This document shows, in pieces, positions 59,407 through 64,000 of a DNA stretch of 64,000 bases; the stretch's first letter is position 1, and each line of letters starts with the position of its first letter. The DNA lies in assembly GCA_002269645.1 (NCBI GenBank), contig NIVC01000851.1, positions 62,001-126,000 of the forward strand. The letters are read 5' to 3'. The DNA comes from Macrostomum lignano (Eukaryota). Under the pieces are notes generated by a model. The model ran no database searches, had not been told where the DNA came from, and saw nothing but the letters and a program-made list of their open reading frames with translations. The translations under genes were made by a program, and so were the position numbers.

Positions 59407-60654
59407 GAAGCTTCGAAGTGTTCACATAAACAGCCGAGTTTGTCTGCTGGAAATTTCTTTGGAAGCTACGCTCGTTTTCTATAATACTTGTTGGAATTTA
59501 CTCGTAAGGCCGGCTATTCGCAAATTTACTTCTGCTTATTGGTTGTACCTAAAAAGTAATTTTATTTGAGATGTTGACTCTTTTGTTGTCGAGATTCAAC
59601 CTTTAGATTTCACAATCTAGCGTAGATGAACTATTAGTGAACCAGTCATAAAAGTATAATACCTATCCATATAAGCGCATATAATAATTATGATGCTGTG
59701 CCATTACCGATGCACTACTCTACATAATGTCGCACTGCTTCTTCTAAAGCCACATGTGCTTTTGCTTGGACACGTCTACCTCGTAAATTTACCTGAAAGT
59801 ACGCGGTCGCTTGTCCCATTAGTAGTACAACTATAATCCGCTAAACTATATAGCTTTTAGAGCCGGAGTCTCAGCCTCCCCGCCCACTTCACTTCATCAG
59901 TCTAACTCGCATATGCTCGTCTTATTACATCGGAGGCTTTGACCTAAATAATTGATGAGCTCAGTTAAACTTTTCAGCTGCTCTCCGCAGGCAGTCGCTA
60001 CCGCTTGTCAATCTTGCCTGGCTTTTCCTTATTGGTGCTTGATTTCCTATAGCTGGGAAGCGCATCGAGCTTGGCTAAAACTGATGATAGCTAACCAAAG
60101 TACATCGTAGCTTAATGGCTTCTTCACGACTTGTCGATCGCGAGACCCAAGGGTTACAAGAATAGCAGCAGAGCTGCCAATTGCTTCGCGGAGTATTGAT
60201 CGATTAACTGTGCAAGCGAGCTGGAGCCGCTGAGTTAGCGGCTCACCATAAAAAAAGGGTTTGAAGTTTGAACGGGAAATTGCGATTGACGCGAGGCAGA
60301 ATATTGAGGGTAAGTCGACTTGCAAGCCAATTAACAAAACTGACTTTAGACCTGTTGGGAAAAGTGGTAATGGGGCCAATTAACTTTCTCCAGTTTAAGA
60401 TTAAGGCGTACAAGGACTTGCTACAGTTTCTTGCAGCCTGGAATCAAGTCGACAAAGAGCCCCAGATTATTTAACGAGACTCTTCAGTTTATTTTATACC
60501 AGACATGGGGAGAATGAAGTGAGCAGTGCCGTAAAGTGTATAAGCCACAGATACAAGAATAACAAAATACGAGCTATGTCACTTACAAAATGCAAAATCG
60601 CGTTTCTGTCCTTATAGGAGCTATTGACCTTGTGTCTGACTTCGATCCTCTCTC

Positions 60655-60860
60655 CTTACTGCTGCTCTCTCATTGGCTGACCTACGAGGTACATTGGGCC
60701 TGCCCCCCCCCCAGGCTGAGTTTCGTCCGTCTGACTTTGCCCTCTACCCTTACTGCTCTCTCATTGGCTGACCAACATTGGGCCTGCCCCCTAGGCTGAG
60801 TTTCGTCCGTCTGATTTTGCCCTCTATCCTTACTGCTCTCTCATTGGCTGACCTAAATTG
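60655..60860. repeat. ~80-90-bp tandem duplication (2.3 copies), each unit starting CTCTCATTGGCTGACC
   Basis: Shared AGGCTGAGTTTCGTCCGTCTGA and CCTTACTGCT. Confidence 0.85.
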
Positions 60861-62026
60861 GGTCTGGTTTTGTCTGTCTTGCATATACGAGTATACTCGT
60901 ACTTCAGTATTTGTGTACATCGAGTTGTTCTCGATGCTTATTGTTCATTCCTAAACCCATATGCTCCCGAGGCCGCAAACCCGGAAGGAAAGGAATTTTT
61001 TTAGCTGTCACATTAAATTTAAGTGACACTGCACAGCGAAACTACAAGTAGACGCTACACTTTTTAGACAACTTTGAAAGACATATCTAGTTATTCTACC
61101 ACGAAGTAGTATCTGTGAGTACACAGATCTGTCTGTATAACAATTAAGGGTAATTCTAAAGCTGAGAAATTTCCTACATGCGGTATTGGAAAGCAGACAA
61201 AAGTTGCATTTTTGTGTGCGACCTAACATTGTGATGCGGGAATGTGATCCTAAATTTACAACTTAAAGTAAAACATTTTGAAAGGGCAAGGGCCAATTAA
61301 TCACATTGGAGGATTGTGGGTAGACATAACCATGGACACTCCAGCCATTCGACCACAGCTAGGTTAAAAGCAAAAAACTCAGACAAGAAGGCATGATTAA
61401 AATGTATTTTACTACACTCGGGCAGTGAAATCTGAGTGAAACTTTACGAGTGCAAATTTAACGACCTTCACAACCGGGGTCGTTGTGATGCACATTTATT
61501 GTTGCATAATTCTAGTATGAATATACATACCTGTGCTAATAATAAATAATAGTACGTATAAAATATGCACAGTACACATTAGTCAATATAACTGTCTGTA
61601 TTCGGTACTAGAAGCTAAGCGTCAGTGTCAGTAGTAATTATTGAAATTTGCTAAAGCTTTTTCAAAAAGACAAATGGTTAAATTGTATTTTCGATGCAAA
61701 GGCCTACAATGGATTCAGAGTGGGTGGTTAGCACCAGCTAAAATTGAAAAAAATCGACAAACAGGTCAATGCATTCTAACAAGAAAATGTAATTTCTAAA
61801 TGTTGGTAAGCAGTGAGCTGGAAGCTTGCAAAAATACAGTAAATTAGCTTGAAAACATGTAAAAACGGTATAAATTTTTGCAGAGAAGGCACTTCAACAA
61901 AATTTTCTAAACTTTCTAACAAGTATTTATCTGATACGTTGTCAGCTTCTTAGCCATATGAGTGACAACAATTATCAAATAATTTTCTTTTATCACAGAA
62001 AAACAGGACGTGTGTGTCTGAGATAG

Positions 62027-62290
62027 CTGAATCTCACCTATGAGATAGCTGAATCTCACCTATGAGATAGCTGAATCTCAAATATGGGACAGCTTAATCT
62101 CACCTATGAGATAGCTGAATCTCACCTATGAGATAGCTGAATCTCACCTATGAGATAGCTGAATCTCAAATATGGGATAGCTGAATCTCACTTATGAGAT
62201 AGCTGAATCTCACCTATGAGATAGCTGAATCTCAAATATGGGATAGCTGAATCTCACTTATGAGATAGCTGAATCTCACCTATGAGATAC
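62027..62290. repeat. 22-bp minisatellite (GAGATAGCTGAATCTCACCTAT)n
   Basis: About 12 copies. Confidence 0.95.
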
Positions 62291-62744
62291 ATTAAAATCT
62301 AGATTTTTATACTCAGTTTGAAGTAAAAAATAAAACAACAACAGGGATATGTGAGCCAGATAAAAAGATGCATATGTACATAATTAATTGAATATTGATT
62401 ACTAACTTAAAAATTACTCTGATTTCCTAAAACCGTATCAGTGTAAAATTAGCAAAACTAATTTGCTAGATACTCCTTTAATGAAAATAGATCCGAAACA
62501 CCAAAAAATTCTTTACACTGCTGTTCGAACGGCAAAAAAAACTTTGCGGGGAAACAAAAAGAGAAGGCACAAATAGAGCAATTGATACTACTTGTTTAGT
62601 AGCAACATGCAAAAGTTCACAGCTATAAGGACACAAATACAGACAGCAGATGGCACAGCACAGGACTAACAAAAGCAAAAGTCAAAATAAAAGAAGTTAG
62701 AAATGATAAGAAACAGCACAGGCCCGCTGCAATGGTAGCACTGA

Positions 62745-62828
62745 CTATAAAGCTTGCAGCCTCCGCAGCAATTCATCTATGAAGCGGCGCACCTGCGACT
62801 GGGGCGCCTTGGCCAACTGCAGTTTTTC
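62745..62828 (-). CDS. PPP1R14: PPP1R14-type inhibitor, exon 3
   Basis: Acceptor cctcgtttccAG; reads EKLQLAKAPQSQVRRFIDELLRRLQAL-stop (TAG 62747-62745). Total protein 109 aa. Confidence 0.88.
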   Translation of the reverse strand, partial: EKLQLAKAPQSQVRRFIDELLRRLQAL

Positions 62829-62968
62829 CTGGAAACGAGGAAGACATTAAAAAAATGCAAAGTAACAATTCGCAGTTTTAAAACAAGCGCAAATTTTTCT
62901 ACTTTGCAAACGCGTTTAATCTACTAACAGTAGCTGATAAGTATATTTTATCTAAGCAAGCGACCTAC

Positions 62969-63055
62969 ACGAAGACACGCGTCCCGTTCCTGGTCTGTGT
63001 CAAGGTCGAGCAGCTCGTCCAAATCGATGTCGCAGTCGTGATCATCTTCATCGTT
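62969..63055 (-). CDS. PPP1R14: PPP1R14-type inhibitor, exon 2
   Basis: Acceptor tttcccgcAG; reads NDEDDHDCDIDLDELLDLDTDQERDACLR (family I-D-x-D-E-L-L motif); donor GTAGGT at 62968; phase 0. Confidence 0.88.
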
Positions 63056-63244
63056 CTGCGGGGAAACATCAACCACTGTATTTCATTACTTATTACTTTA
63101 ATTAGTTAACACTATGGGTTGAGACCTTGTCGAGATTAGAGTAAAAACAATACATCAGAAGATCTAGAACTGCGGGTGAGGATTAATCAGTGTGAGGATT
63201 ATGAACTTATTAAGACAAACACTTATAAAATTAACTCTACTTAC

Positions 63245-63403
63245 CTGACAATTGAATAAAACCCGCAACTCATCATATACAAAGTCTTCAACTGCTAATC
63301 GTTGCTTTATAAGTGACATTGTCTGCTTGTCATATTTGGCAGTCAGAAATTTTGACTTTTTGTCTTGATAGGCATCCGATTTCTTGAAATTCACCGATGA
63401 CAT
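63245..63403 (-). CDS. PPP1R14: PPP1R14/CPI-17/PHI-type protein phosphatase 1 inhibitor, exon 1
   Basis: MSSVNFKKSDAYQDKKSKFLTAKYDKQTMSLIKQRLAVEDFVYDELRVLFNCQ resembles CPI-17 RVTVKYD...RRLDVEKWI. Phospho-Thr codon at 63343-63341; donor CAG|GTAAGT at 63244. Confidence 0.88.
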
Positions 63404-64000
63404 TCTTCAGCTTGATGCTAAAGTGCTAAAATTAAATGAAATAAATTGACAATAAATATATGCTCAAAGTGGCTCTATTTATGCCTTTAATTTTCACATT
63501 TAAAGAAGGAAAACATAGTCATATAGAGAAAATAATCTAACAAGTCAAAATATAAATTTATGAGTGGCATTTTCAAATTGAAAAATTAGAGTTCCACTGT
63601 AGCTACAGATATAGCTATAGAATTATGGATATGGAGGTTTTTAAACAGAATATACAAACATATATATGGTTATAAGAACACATAGGCCTATTTCCTATAT
63701 CTAGGCTACTCAATAACTTGGAAGACTTGAGACTTGAAATACCAAGGAACCATTGATTTGATGGCTAGGGGTAGAGCAATAGAATTTTCTTAGAAATGAA
63801 TGACTGCTACCAATTTCAAAGCTTTTGTGAAACAAGCTTTTTAAGTCTCTAGGGTTGGTAACTCAAGCAATAGAGATTTTTGATGCCATATGCATGTTGA
63901 AGTTGGGATAGTGGGGGCTTAAGTTCAGATTAATTTTCCACTTCAAATGGTACAGGAGCTCTTAAGTCCTTGGGATTGATCTGCGTAGTCAAGCAGCAGA

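Overview
Eukaryotic (metazoan) genomic DNA. GC-rich exons with poly-Q/poly-A runs are separated by introns and spacers packed with about 30 mini/microsatellite arrays. The style suggests a flatworm such as Macrostomum (inference, not verified). Six protein-coding loci were reconstructed by hand from splice sites and reading phase: (1) a minus-strand PDZ + Dbl-homology (RhoGEF-like) gene running off the left end; (2) a 5-exon plus-strand hypothetical gene with a compact CRE/CCAAT/TATA promoter; (3) a small minus-strand allatostatin-C/somatostatin-type neuropeptide precursor (mature peptide MDYRCILHPISCY-amide), absent from the ORF track, whose start codon appears to be missing from the locus and may come from a spliced leader; (4) a single-ORF teashirt/tiptop zinc-finger gene in a ~27 kb gene-poor region rich in Pbx/Hox and TCF motifs; (5) an intronless DEG/ENaC channel; (6) a 3-exon PPP1R14/CPI-17-type PP1 inhibitor. 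There are also tRNA-derived SINEs, one carrying a MIR-like CORE domain. Most long ORFs in the supplied track are artefacts of tandem repeats. No rRNA, bona fide tRNA or CRISPR array was found.
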